Assembly: GCA_963747055.1 (NCBI GenBank)
Contig: CAVVDY010000003.1
Location: 49,630 to 113,629, forward strand
Source: an uncultured Acidobacteriaceae bacterium
GTDB taxonomy: Bacteria > Acidobacteriota > Terriglobia > Terriglobales > Acidobacteriaceae
Length of the DNA: 64,000 bases
Direction: 5' to 3'
Shown: piece after piece, positions 40,010 to 52,918 of the stretch
How positions within the stretch are numbered: position 1 is the stretch's first letter
How the letters are laid out: the number at the start of each line of letters is the position of its first letter
Position numbers and translations under genes: made by a program
Notes under the pieces: model-generated
Told to the model about the DNA's origin: nothing
Databases searched by the model: none
Seen by the model: the letters and a program-made list of their open reading frames with translations, nothing else

Positions 40010-40584
40010 ATGAACGAAGCCCATTACGATTCCCCCGGCGGAACCAACCATCCTCCACCTGACTCTCATGGCGCGAGGCCGGTGCTGGTCGCCTGGGCAC
40101 GAGACATCGCGATTTCCCTGGCGGTCTCGATCTTCTTCATCATCTTCCTCTACCAGCCCGTAAAGTGGAAGGCACCAGCATGATGCCGACGCTGGCCGAC
40201 CAGGAACGCGTCTTCATCAACAAGTTCGTCTACAAACTGGAGCCCATCCAGCGCGGCGACGTGGTGGTCTTCCGCTATCCCCGCGATGTCTCCAAGAGCT
40301 ACATCAAACGCGTCATCGCCCTCGCCGGCGATCGGGTCCGCATCGATGACGGCGTGGTCTATGTGAACGATCGCCCTCTGGCCGAGCCTTATGTTCCTGA
40401 GGATTATTGGGATACACGGTCGTATGCCGAGATCGTCGTTCCCCCGCACTCTTATTTCGTTCTGGGCGACCATCGCAATCTTTCCAACGACAGCCGTGAC
40501 TTTGGCCCGGTCAGCCGGAAGTACATCTACGGCAAAGCGGTGTTCGGCTATTGGCCAATCGACAAAATGGGCAAACTACAGTAG
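40010..40584 (+). pseudogene. lepB: Signal peptidase I, frameshifted (or assembly indel)
   Basis: The N-terminal TM part (ATG 40010 ...WARDIAISLAVSIFFIIFLYQPVK) is in one frame. The catalytic part (VEGTSMMPTL, KRVIALAGD, GDHRNLSNDSR; ORF 40165-40584) is in the next frame. One G is missing at about 40164. Confidence 0.8.
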
Positions 40585-40672
40585 ATTCCTGACACCTGAA
40601 TGGGACCGCCTTCAGACGCCCATTTTCGTCACAGCATGAGGAAATTGGACTTCCGTCCCTGAGGAAAGCTCT

Positions 40673-41116
40673 ATGCAGATCCGCACACTACTCGTCATAG
40701 TTCTGCTCTCGGTCTCACTCAGTGCGTTCGCTGCCGAGCGCGATGCCAATGTCCTGATGCAAGCTGATCGCGACTTTGCCAAGGCCACCGCCGAGAAGGG
40801 CGTCGACGGCTGGATGTCATTCATGGCCCCTGGCGCCGTACTGCTGGGAGAAGAGCCAACCGTCGGTCCGGAGAAAATCAGGGCCGCCATGCAGGATGAA
40901 CTCAAGCCCGGGACGAGCCTCACCTGGGAGCCGACCAAAGCCGACTTCATCGGGGATGGCGACATCGGCTACACCCTCGGCCGCTTCGAATTTCGCGCCG
41001 CCGACAAGCAGGGCAAGCCGGTCGTCGTGAAAGGCACCTACATGACGACCTGGCAAAAACAGAAGGACGGCACGTGGAAAGTCATCGGCGATTTGGGCAG
41101 CCACGACAAGCCGTAA
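40673..41116 (+). CDS. Secreted SnoaL-like / DUF4440 (NTF2-fold) protein
   Basis: 147 aa. Signal peptide, ...DRDFAKATAEKGVDGWMSF..., and a C-terminal KGTYMTTWQKQKDGTWKV pattern. Confidence 0.7.
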   Translation: MQIRTLLVIVLLSVSLSAFAAERDANVLMQADRDFAKATAEKGVDGWMSFMAPGAVLLGEEPTVGPEKIRAAMQDELKPGTSLTWEPTKADFIGDGDIGYTLGRFEFRAADKQGKPVVVKGTYMTTWQKQKDGTWKVIGDLGSHDKP

Positions 41117-41160
41117 CCGCACTCTGATAAAATCTTTAAAATCCACTCACCGGAGATGCG

Positions 41161-42294
41161 ATGCAGGCAGTGCTTGCGCTGGAAGACGGACGAATCTTCC
41201 ATGGCAAAGGCTACGGCGCAAAGGGCGAATGCTACGGCGAAGTCGTTTTTAATACTTCCATCACCGGCTATCAGGAGATCTTTACTGATCCCTCCTACGC
41301 CGGACAAATCGTCGTTCTCACCAATCCTGAAATCGGAAACTACGGCACTAACCCTGACGACAACGAAGCCACCCGTCCGTACATCGAAGGGCTGATCGTG
41401 CGCGAGTTCTCGCGCGTCAGCTCGAATTGGCGCTCCCAGGAGGTCGCGGAAGAATATCTCGAGCGCTACAAGATTCCCGTGCTGGCCGAGATCGATACCC
41501 GCTCGCTGGTCCGCCATCTTCGCGATAACGGCGTCATGCGCGGCGTCATCTCGACCCTGGAGAGTGATGCCGAAAAGCTGATCGCCAAGGCGCGCTCCAT
41601 CCCCAAGATGGACGGCACCGACCTGGCGAAAGAGGTCACCACCCCGCGTGTCTATGAGTGGGACGAAGGTGTGCGCTCCTACGAACCGACCGAAGTGGTT
41701 GGCGTGAAAGACGCGCCGCCGAAGTATCAGGTCGTCGCCTACGACTTCGGAATCAAGCAGAACATTCTGCGCCGCCTGGTCGGCGAGCAATGCCGCGTGA
41801 CTGTCGTTCCGGCAACGACCAGCGCGGAAGATGTCCTGGCCTTGAAGCCGGACGGCGTCTTCCTGTCGAACGGCCCGGGCGATCCTGAGCCCGTGACCTA
41901 CGCGCAGGAAAACATTCGCCGCATGATGGGCAAGGTGCCGATCTTCGGCATCTGCCTGGGCCACCAGTTGATCGGCCTCGCGCTGGGTGGCAAGACCTAC
42001 AAGCTGCGCTTCGGACATCACGGCGGTAACCATCCCGTGAAGCAGATGGCGACCGGCAAAATCGAGATCACCGCCCACAATCACAATTTCGCTGTCGATC
42101 CCGATTCGCTGAAGCAGAGCAACGTCGACTTGACGCACATCGACCTGAACGACAATACGCTGGAAGGCTTGCGCCACCGCTCGCTGCCCCTGTTCAGCGT
42201 GCAGTACCACCCGGAAGCCGCTCCCGGCCCCCATGACTCGCACTACCTGTTCAAGGACTTTGTGCAGATGATGGAGGAGTGGAAGGGGAAATGA
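41161..42294 (+). CDS. carA: Carbamoyl-phosphate synthase small (glutaminase) subunit
   Basis: 377 aa. The GICLGHQ catalytic Cys and HNHNFAV/QYHPEA motifs are present. Confidence 0.95.
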   Translation: MQAVLALEDGRIFHGKGYGAKGECYGEVVFNTSITGYQEIFTDPSYAGQIVVLTNPEIGNYGTNPDDNEATRPYIEGLIVREFSRVSSNWRSQEVAEEYLERYKIPVLAEIDTRSLVRHLRDNGVMRGVISTLESDAEKLIAKARSIPKMDGTDLAKEVTTPRVYEWDEGVRSYEPTEVVGVKDAPPKYQVVAYDFGIKQNILRRLVGEQCRVTVVPATTSAEDVLALKPDGVFLSNGPGDPEPVTYAQENIRRMMGKVPIFGICLGHQLIGLALGGKTYKLRFGHHGGNHPVKQMATGKIEITAHNHNFAVDPDSLKQSNVDLTHIDLNDNTLEGLRHRSLPLFSVQYHPEAAPGPHDSHYLFKDFVQMMEEWKGK

Positions 42295-42340
42295 GAGCGA
42301 ATGGGCACACCTTCAAGTTCGCCGACAGGGCTAGCGTTTT

Positions 42341-42405
42341 TGAAGGGGCGCGCCCCTTCAGGTTCAGCAACAAGGTTCCGGCGCGCCTGAAGGCGCGCCC
42401 CTTCA
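42341..42405. repeat. Palindromic REP-like elements in the carA-carB spacer
   Basis: 20-nt perfect palindrome TGAAGGGGCGCGCCCCTTCA (42341-42360) and the related GGCGCGCC-TGAA-GGCGCGCCCCTTCA (42380-42405). Confidence 0.65.
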
Positions 42406-42421
42406 ACCTTTGAAAGGCTAA

Positions 42422-45715
<3,294 letters not shown>

Positions 45716-45829
45716 AACTTTTGCGGAGCACCACCCCACCATGGTGCTGCTTGCGAATTCCAGCGTTTGACATCACAATACCTGAACCCTGCCTGCTTCG
45801 TAGTGACCAAAAATCTAGGAGCATGTTGA

Positions 45830-47660
45830 ATGAATCTTCCCAGCGCGCGAACGTTCGCGCGTGCTGTTTCCTGCCTCTTTGTTCTCGCTGTCACAACCTT
45901 TAACATCACAGCTTCTGCGCAAACCGGATACTGGCACGCCAGCGGCAATCAGATTCTCGACTCCAGTAACAAAGTTGTTCGCATCGCCGGCATCAACTGG
46001 TACGGCTTCGAAACTACCGATGAAGTCGCCCACGGACTGTGGGCCCAGGATTATCACTACATTCTCGACGCCATTCACAGCAACGGATACAACGTCGTGC
46101 GCATTCCGTTCTCCAACCAGATGGTGGAGTCGCCCATCATTCCTTCCAACATCAGCTATCAGAATGGCAGCGGGCCGATCAATACCGACCTCAAGGGCTT
46201 GAACTCACTGCAGATCCTCGACAAGATCGTCGCCTACGCGGGACAGATCGGGCTGCGCGTCATACTCGACAATCATCGCTCCGAGGCCGGCAACAGCGCC
46301 GAAGGCAACGGGCTGTGGTACACCACGCAGTATCCCGAGAGCGCGTGGATCGCCGACTGGGTTTCTTTGACGCAGCGCTACCTCGGCAACACAACCGTCA
46401 TCGGCATGGACCTGCGCAACGAGCCGCACAACGATCAGAGCGGAGGATCGTGCTGGGGCTGCGGCTTGCAGAGCTACGACTGGCGTCTTGCAGCCGAGCG
46501 CGGCGGAAATGCTGTGCTGAACGTCAATCCCAACCTGCTGATCTTTGTCGAAGGCACCGACTGCTACAACAACGACTGCGACTGGTGGGGTGGCAACCTG
46601 GAAGGTGCACAGGATTATCCCGTCACGCTCAACACCGCCAACCGCCTCGTCTACTCGGCGCACGACTACGGCCCGAACCTTTACCAGCAGTCCTGGTTTA
46701 ACGGCAACACCAGTTACAGCAGCCTGGTTGCGGTGTGGACCAAGTTCTGGGCCTACCTCAGCCTGAATGGGGTTGCGCCGGTGTGGGTGGGAGAGTTCGG
46801 TACCACCAACAACGCCGGCGACATTCAGAGCAGCGTGCCCGGATCGCAAGGCCAGTGGTTCCAGAGCCTGATTACCTTCATGCAGCAGAATTCGCAGCTC
46901 CAGTGGACCTACTGGGCGCTGAACGGCGAAGACAGCTACGCCCTGCTCGACAGCAGCTACGATTCAACGCCCGTGAGCAGTTTGAAGCAAAGCCTGCTGG
47001 CCAGCATTCAGTATTCGGTCAGCAGTGGTTGCAAGGCGCCGCCGCCCATCCCCCCGCGTAACCTGACGGCCACTACCATCTCTTCCAGCGAGATCGACTT
47101 GAAGTGGGGCCTTGTCATTTCGCCGCCAAGCTGCAGCTTGGCTTACGACTTGTATGCCAGCACCGACCCGAACTTCCAGCCCGCGCCGTCCAACCGCATC
47201 GCCACCCAGATCCGTCAACAAGTTTGCTCACAAGAATCTGCAGCCCTCGACAACCTACTACTACATTGTCAGAGCTGTTGACCCCGCTGGGGAATCGGGC
47301 AACTCCAACGAAGCCAGCGCTACTACCCAGCAGGGTTCCTCCAGCAGTTGCCACATCACCTATGTGAACCAGAACGACTGGGGCACCGGCTTCACCGCTG
47401 CGATTTCCATCAAGAACACCGGAGACCAGCAAATCAACGGCTGGGACCTGACCTGGACGTGGTCCGGCAACCAGCAGATCAACCAGTCGTGGAATTCCAA
47501 TTACAGCCAGCAAGGTAAGAATGTCTCGCTGACCAACGCCGCGTGGAACGGGACCATCAATCCCGGGCAGGAGCTGACGGGCATAGGCTTCAACGCCACC
47601 TACAGCGGGCAGAACAACAACCCGACTACCTTCTATCTCAACGGGTCGCTCTGCCAGTAA
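45830..47660 (+). pseudogene. Secreted GH5 endoglucanase - Fn3 - CBM2, frameshifted (or assembly indel)
   Basis: GH5 motifs (NWYGFET, DLRNEPH acid/base, VGEFGT nucleophile), then Fn3 (PPRNLTATTISSSEIDLKW...). The frame changes at about 47207-47213 inside Fn3 (...NRIATQ | SVNKFAHKNLQPSTTYYYIVRAVD). C-terminal CBM2 (CHITYVNQNDWGTGF...NGSLC). Confidence 0.8.
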
Positions 47661-47838
47661 GGCACTGAGGAGTTCAGCTTGGAATTCGGCTCTGTCCCGT
47701 AACGTGGCGGAGCCGATGTTTTCTGCGGGGAAGCTGCCAGACCGCCTTCAATCCGACCAGCAAACAGGATGCCCCGTCGTATAGTTGAAAATACGGGTCA
47801 TCAGTCCGTCATGACCGCCTCAGCATCCAAATAACTTC

Positions 47839-49218
47839 ATGCGTAAATCCAAGTCCGTCGACTCCGAGCTGGCCGCCATTCGTTCGGAGCTGCAGGAGGA
47901 AAAACGCGAGTTCGTCGTGCCGGCTTCGAAGAAATCGAAGCTGGCCGTCGCTACACGGGCGCTCCGCCATCGCAATTTTCAGCTATTTTTCAGTGGGCAA
48001 CTCATCTCCCTGGTCGGCACCTGGATGGACACCGTCGCCGAGTCCTGGCTGGTCTACCGCCTGACCGGATCGTCGCTGCTGCTGGGCACGGTCGCCTTCT
48101 GCAACCAGATCCCGGTATTTCTCTGCGCGCCCATCGGCGGCATCGTGGCCGACCGCTACAACCGCCATCGCATCATCATCGCCACCCAGGCGCTGTCCAT
48201 GGTGGTGGCCTTCGTGCTGGCGGTGCTCACGCTGACCCATCGCATCCAGGTCTGGCAAATCATGGTGCTGGCGGCCTGCGGCGGCGTTATCAATGCCTTC
48301 GATATTCCCGCGCGCCAGGCCTTCCTCATCGAGATGGTAGGCCGCGAAGATTTGCTGAACGCCATTGCCCTGAACTCCTCAATGTTCAACGGCGCGCGCA
48401 TCATCGGCCCGGCGGTCGCCGGCATTGTCGTCGCCGCCGTCGGCGAGGGCTGGTGCTTCATGGCCAACAGCGTCAGCTACATTGCTGTCATCACCGGCTT
48501 GCTGCTGATGAAGCTTGCGCCCCGCCGCGAGCGCGAACGCGAAACCTCGCCGCTGGAAGAGATCGTTAACGGCTTCACCTTCGTCAAAACCACCGCCCCC
48601 ATTCGCGCCATTCTGCTCATGCTTGGCTTGGTGAGCCTGGTGGGAATGCCCTATGCCGTGCTCATGCCGATCTTCGCCGCCGAGGTCCTGCACGGCGGTG
48701 CGCGGGCACTAGGCATCCTGATGGGCGCAACCGGCGTCGGGGCCCTGTTAGGCGCCATGAGCCTGGCCGCTCGCGTGGGCGTCAAAGGACTGGGAAAACT
48801 GATTGCCTTTTCCGCGACCGGTTTCGGCATCGCCCTCATCGCATTTTCCTTCTCGCGGACCTTCTGGTTCTCCGCCCTGCTGCTGGTTCCCGTCGGTTTC
48901 TGCATGATGGTGCAGATGGCGTCGTCCAACACTTTGGTGCAGTCCATGGTGCCGGACGCGATGCGCGGTCGCGTGATGGCTGTCTATTCCATGATGTTTA
49001 TGGGCATGGCTCCCTTCGGCGGATTCTTCGCCGGCCTCATCGCCCACCACATTGGCGCACCCTACACCGTGGCCATCGGAGGTGTCGCCTGCATCATGGG
49101 AGCGATGGTCTATTTGCTCTACCTGCCGAAGATTCGCGGCCAGGCCCGCGAGCTGATCCTGGCGCAAGGCATGGCCGCCGGCGTGCCCGCCCAGGAAGTG
49201 ACCCGGCAGGGGGCGTGA
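47839..49218 (+). CDS. MFS transporter (MFS_3 / EntS-like)
   Basis: 459 aa, 12-TM pattern. FRLFFSGQLISLVGTWM and GGIVADRYNRHRI motifs. Confidence 0.85.
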   Translation: MRKSKSVDSELAAIRSELQEEKREFVVPASKKSKLAVATRALRHRNFQLFFSGQLISLVGTWMDTVAESWLVYRLTGSSLLLGTVAFCNQIPVFLCAPIGGIVADRYNRHRIIIATQALSMVVAFVLAVLTLTHRIQVWQIMVLAACGGVINAFDIPARQAFLIEMVGREDLLNAIALNSSMFNGARIIGPAVAGIVVAAVGEGWCFMANSVSYIAVITGLLLMKLAPRRERERETSPLEEIVNGFTFVKTTAPIRAILLMLGLVSLVGMPYAVLMPIFAAEVLHGGARALGILMGATGVGALLGAMSLAARVGVKGLGKLIAFSATGFGIALIAFSFSRTFWFSALLLVPVGFCMMVQMASSNTLVQSMVPDAMRGRVMAVYSMMFMGMAPFGGFFAGLIAHHIGAPYTVAIGGVACIMGAMVYLLYLPKIRGQARELILAQGMAAGVPAQEVTRQGA

Positions 49219-49236
49219 AAAGAAGTGGCCGGCGTG

Positions 49237-49282
49237 CTGACAACTGACAACTGACAACTGACAACTGACAACTGACAACTGA
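49237..49282. repeat. Perfect heptanucleotide tandem repeat (CAACTGA)x6.6
   Basis: CTGA CAACTGA CAACTGA CAACTGA CAACTGA CAACTGA CAACTGA, read directly, in the MFS / DUF72 spacer. Confidence 0.9.
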
Positions 49283-49300
49283 AATGTCATCATAGCCACG

Positions 49301-50044
49301 ATGCAGCCCGAATTCGCCCAACAAGACCCGCGACCCGCCACCGCCTATGTCGGCACCTCGGGATGGTCTTACGCCATCTGGAAGCCGGACTTCTATCCCA
49401 AGAACGTCGCCTCCAAGAACTTTCTGAACTACTACGCAATCCGCCTCAACGCGGTCGAAGTTAACTTCACCTTCCGCATGAGGTTGCAGGAGAAAACGGC
49501 CCTGGGCTGGATGGCGGCCGTCGGTCCCGACTTCCGATTTGCCCTCAAGGCGAACCAGTTCATCACCCACATTCGCCGGCTCAGCAACGTCGAGGAGCCG
49601 CTGCAGCGCTTCCTGACGACCTTGCAGCCGTTCGGCGCGCAGCTTGGCCCCGTGCTGTTCCAGCTTCCACCCAACCTGAAGTGCGATGCCGGACTGTTGC
49701 GCAACTTCCTCGCGCTACTCCCAAGAAACTTCCGTTCTGCGTTCGAGTTCCGCCACGAATCTTGGTTCAGCGAAGAGGTCTATAGCACGCTCCGCGATGC
49801 CAACGCCGCGCTCTGTATCTCGGAGACGGAGAAGCTCACCACGCCTGAAGTCCACACGGCCGCATACACCTACTTCCGCTTGCGCGAGACCAGCTACTCC
49901 GCTGATGACCTGAAGCAGATCGCCGCCCGAGTCGAGCGCGTCCTCGCGGATGGCCGCGACACTTATGTCTTCTTCAAGCATGAAGAAGACCCGAAGAGCG
50001 CGTTGAACGCGGTCACGCTGCTGGAGATGGTTGCTCGGCCTTGA
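49301..50044 (+). CDS. DUF72 (YecE-like) protein
   Basis: 247 aa. YVGTSGWSY..., FLNYYAIRLNAVEVNFTFR and FEFRHESWF motifs. Confidence 0.85.
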   Translation: MQPEFAQQDPRPATAYVGTSGWSYAIWKPDFYPKNVASKNFLNYYAIRLNAVEVNFTFRMRLQEKTALGWMAAVGPDFRFALKANQFITHIRRLSNVEEPLQRFLTTLQPFGAQLGPVLFQLPPNLKCDAGLLRNFLALLPRNFRSAFEFRHESWFSEEVYSTLRDANAALCISETEKLTTPEVHTAAYTYFRLRETSYSADDLKQIAARVERVLADGRDTYVFFKHEEDPKSALNAVTLLEMVARP

Positions 50045-50143
50045 GCGCCGCAGATTGTACCCGGTAAAACTCCCGACGTTCCTGCCTCATGCGATCGCCG
50101 GGAGTTTAGATCGGCCGATGAACAAGGCATGCAAATCTAGAAA

Positions 50144-50859
50144 TCACAGCTTGAGCTTCCGGCGTACAAAACCGCCGGCAGCCGCCAACCCCGACGCGAC
50201 CAACAACAAGCTGCCCGGCTCAGGAACCAACGTGATGGTGGCATCGAAGCCGGTCGTGTCGTAATAGAAGTTGTTGTCGTCGTTAACGCCGAACGAAATC
50301 ACATCGCCCGCCTTGAGGTTGAGACCTGAAAAACTGAAGTCCTCACGCCCGCCCACTTTGTCGGGAAACTGAGCGGGAGGTCCCAGGAGTTCCCCGCTGT
50401 ACAGTTGCGTACCGTTCTCATAGACAAGCCCGATGATGCCGGTCGGGTAGATGTCCAATATGTCGAAGAACCCGGCGATGCTGTAGGTCCCATCGGCCGG
50501 CGCCGTCCAGCGCACGATCGTGTCGTCGCCGGCATAAGGGTGAACACTGAGCGTGTCCGGCGGGAACACGACCGTTCCCCAATCGATGAACTGTCCGGTT
50601 GGATTAAAGCCGACCCGTGGAACGTCCCCATAAAAAGGGGCGTACCAGCACTTGATGCCGCCTTCACAGTTCGGGCTATACAGCGAGTATGGGGTGAACG
50701 ACGTCCCGGTAGTTCCGTAACCATAGCTCCACGCGCCGTTGGGGTTTTGTGGACCAAAGTCGGTGGTGGCGTCCCAGCTATCGGTACATAAGCCGCGGCT
50801 GCAAGGGTCAAGAGAATTAGAAAGACTACAAAGACGGGGGAGAATCGAGAGATGTTCAT
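50144..50859 (-). pseudogene. PEP-CTERM sorting-domain secreted protein, frameshifted (or assembly indel)
   Basis: ATG 50859 has AAGGAGA 7 nt upstream and encodes the signal peptide MNISRFSPVFVVFLILLTLAAAAYV. The mature part (TDSWDATTDFGPQNPNGAWSYGYG...) and C-terminal VPEPGSLLLVASGLAAAGGFVRRKLKL are in the frame of ORF 50144-51076. The junction is at about 50780-50790. Confidence 0.75.
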
Positions 50860-51129
50860 TGCGGTATCTCCTTGGCGTATGTCTCAATTGTGATACTAGG
50901 CGGAGAAGTTGGACCGCAGTGCAAAATATCCCCCCGAACTGGTATGCAGTTTCAAAAAGGGAAGGTTCGCGGAATTCAACTTGAAGAGAACGCGTGAGGG
51001 GAGCTGCTCGGTCAGCTTCGCTGAGCCACCGGGCAAGCTCTCCTTGCTGCGTTACTATAGAAACACCCGAAGGCAATTCGAAGGAACCCCGCCAGTTCTG
51101 CGGGAGATCGGGCCTGGAGTAAGGCTTTC

Positions 51130-51768
51130 ATGCTTCCGCTGCCTCCCAACGTGGAAAGATTTCTTCGTCGCACGCGCTACTACAGAATGTTGCGGAATCA
51201 GCCCGCGGAAGCCGATGCTCAGGCTTGCCGTCCCTTCCTTCGCCCGGGCGACATGGCGATCGACGTTGGTGCGAATTTCGGGTTCTATACCAAGCTGTTT
51301 TCCGAATGTGTCGGCCCGGAAGGCTCCGTCCATGCGGTCGAGCCGGTGCCCGAAACGTTCGATTACCTGCATTACAATGTGCGCCATCTCGAGCTCAGCA
51401 ATGTGTTCCTCTATCAGGTCGCGGCCAGTGACGATTCGGGCATCGCGCGCATGTCCGTGCCGCTGTGGCATGGCGGCCGCAGAAATATCTACGAATCGCG
51501 CCTCGACGAACATGGCGACATCCCGGTGCGCGTCGTGCGGCTGGACGACCTCTTTGCCGGGATGAAGCCGGCCCTGATCAAGATCGATGTCGAAGGCAAC
51601 GAGCTGCAACTGATCCAGGGTGCGCGACAGTTGCTCACCACCTATCACCCTCCGCTGCTGGTGGAAGTCTCCTCGCCGCAGACGGCCCCGCTGCTGGCGG
51701 AGATGGGCTACACCATCTGCAAAGAGGGGACCGGCCCCAACCGCTTCTTCCTCCATCCGGAAAGCTGA
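51130..51768 (+). CDS. FkbM-family methyltransferase
   Basis: 212 aa. AIDVGANFGFYT SAM motif and LIKIDVEGNELQLIQG motif. Confidence 0.85.
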   Translation: MLPLPPNVERFLRRTRYYRMLRNQPAEADAQACRPFLRPGDMAIDVGANFGFYTKLFSECVGPEGSVHAVEPVPETFDYLHYNVRHLELSNVFLYQVAASDDSGIARMSVPLWHGGRRNIYESRLDEHGDIPVRVVRLDDLFAGMKPALIKIDVEGNELQLIQGARQLLTTYHPPLLVEVSSPQTAPLLAEMGYTICKEGTGPNRFFLHPES

Positions 51769-51801
51769 GCCGAGAAGCCCAAACTTCTGCCCGAGAGAAA
51801 T

Positions 51802-51815
51802 GGGGTAGTGTCCTA
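51802..51815. repeat. Solo copy of the IS1-family terminal repeat core
   Basis: GGGGTAGTGTCCTA is identical (14 of 14) to the outer end of the IRR of the 54478-57627 element plus 2 flanking nt. No partner end was found nearby. Confidence 0.45.
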
Positions 51816-51895
51816 AGCCGGATAGTACCTGATTTTTCGTTTGCATCTTCGAGTCAGATGCCGTATTCTAATTAAGAAATTGCTCCCCTCTCGAC

Positions 51896-52564
51896 ATGCT
51901 GAAAGGCCTCGGGAGGGGTTATTTATTTGTGGCGACACTTCCGGCTCATCGAAACGAACCCGCTATAAAGCGTGTCGTCGCGTTTGTTGACGGCCAGAAC
52001 CTCTACAGATCAGTAAAGGAGTCGTTTGGCTATCATTATCCAAATTACGACGTCTCCAAACTTTCTGAGGCTGTCTGCAAGTCTCGCGGTTGGGATCTAG
52101 TTCAAGTCAGATTTTATACAGGCGTTCCCGACGCAGCTGACGATCCCAGATGGAATCACTTCTGGGTTGGAAAACTCGCGGTTATGGGTAAGTCTGGCAT
52201 TGAAGTGTTTAGCAGGCCGTTGAGATACAGGAACGATAGGGTTGTACTACCCGATGGCACCACGCACACGTTTCTTCGTGGAAGCGAAAAGGGAATCGAT
52301 GTTCGCATTGCGTTGGACGTAATCCGTCTGGCAATTCGCAATGAATACGATATCGCCCTAGTTTTTTCTCAAGACCAAGACCTCTCGGAAGTTGCTGACG
52401 AAATTAGAGCTATCTCAAAGTTGCAGAGCAGATGGATTCATATGGCCTGCGCTTTCCCTGTCAGCCCAACAACCAGGAACAGGAGAGGCATAAACCACAG
52501 CGACTGGATTCAACTGGACCGCAAAATGTACGATGCCTGCATTGATCCGACTGATTACCGCTGA
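51896..52564 (+). CDS. NYN-domain (LabA/DUF88-like, PIN-like fold) putative RNase
   Basis: 222 aa. Acidic-residue motifs VAFVDGQNLY, EKGIDVRIALD and LVFSQDQDL. The segment is visibly AT-richer than its flanks. Confidence 0.75.
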   Translation: MLKGLGRGYLFVATLPAHRNEPAIKRVVAFVDGQNLYRSVKESFGYHYPNYDVSKLSEAVCKSRGWDLVQVRFYTGVPDAADDPRWNHFWVGKLAVMGKSGIEVFSRPLRYRNDRVVLPDGTTHTFLRGSEKGIDVRIALDVIRLAIRNEYDIALVFSQDQDLSEVADEIRAISKLQSRWIHMACAFPVSPTTRNRRGINHSDWIQLDRKMYDACIDPTDYR

Positions 52565-52675
52565 TCTTGCGTAAGGTACATACGTCCCAAAGCATCTGTG
52601 AGCCCCGTGAACCGGCGAATCGCCGAAAAACCGCGATGCCCTCGCTGCGGTGCTGGTTTGCGTTATGCTTCAGCC

Positions 52676-52918
52676 ATGCGGGTCAGGGTGGTCTATTTCG
52701 GAGTGCTGCGGGACATGGCGGGCCGCGATCAGGAAACCGTCGAGCTGAACGAAGGCGCGCAACTGGCTGAGCTTTTTTCTGATTTGCAAAAGCGCATCCC
52801 CGGCCTGAGCAAGTTCGGCGGCTCTCTCGCCTTGTCGATCAACTACGAATACGCTGCGGCCGACTCTCTCCTGCACGAGGGCGATGAAGTCGCCTTGCTG
52901 CCGCCGGTAAGTGGAGGA
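52676..52918 (+). CDS. moaD: Molybdopterin synthase sulfur-carrier subunit MoaD (ThiS/MoaD fold); no stop after the terminal GG
   Basis: 81-aa MoaD-like segment MRVRVVYFGVLRDMAG...EVALLPPVSGG. The reading frame stays open to 53101 instead of stopping after Gly-Gly. Confidence 0.7.

Noticed and set aside
52565-52600. A second, degenerate IS end (GTAAGGTACATACGTCCC) that would close the NYN islet as a full element.
   Set aside because: Only about half of the positions match the IR even when gaps are allowed, which is indistinguishable from chance.
52565-52675. Moco riboswitch upstream of moaD, and other riboswitches upstream of purH, carA and glmU.
   Set aside because: I could not recognise the conserved cores of these riboswitch classes by eye. 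An Infernal scan would be needed, so no claim is made.
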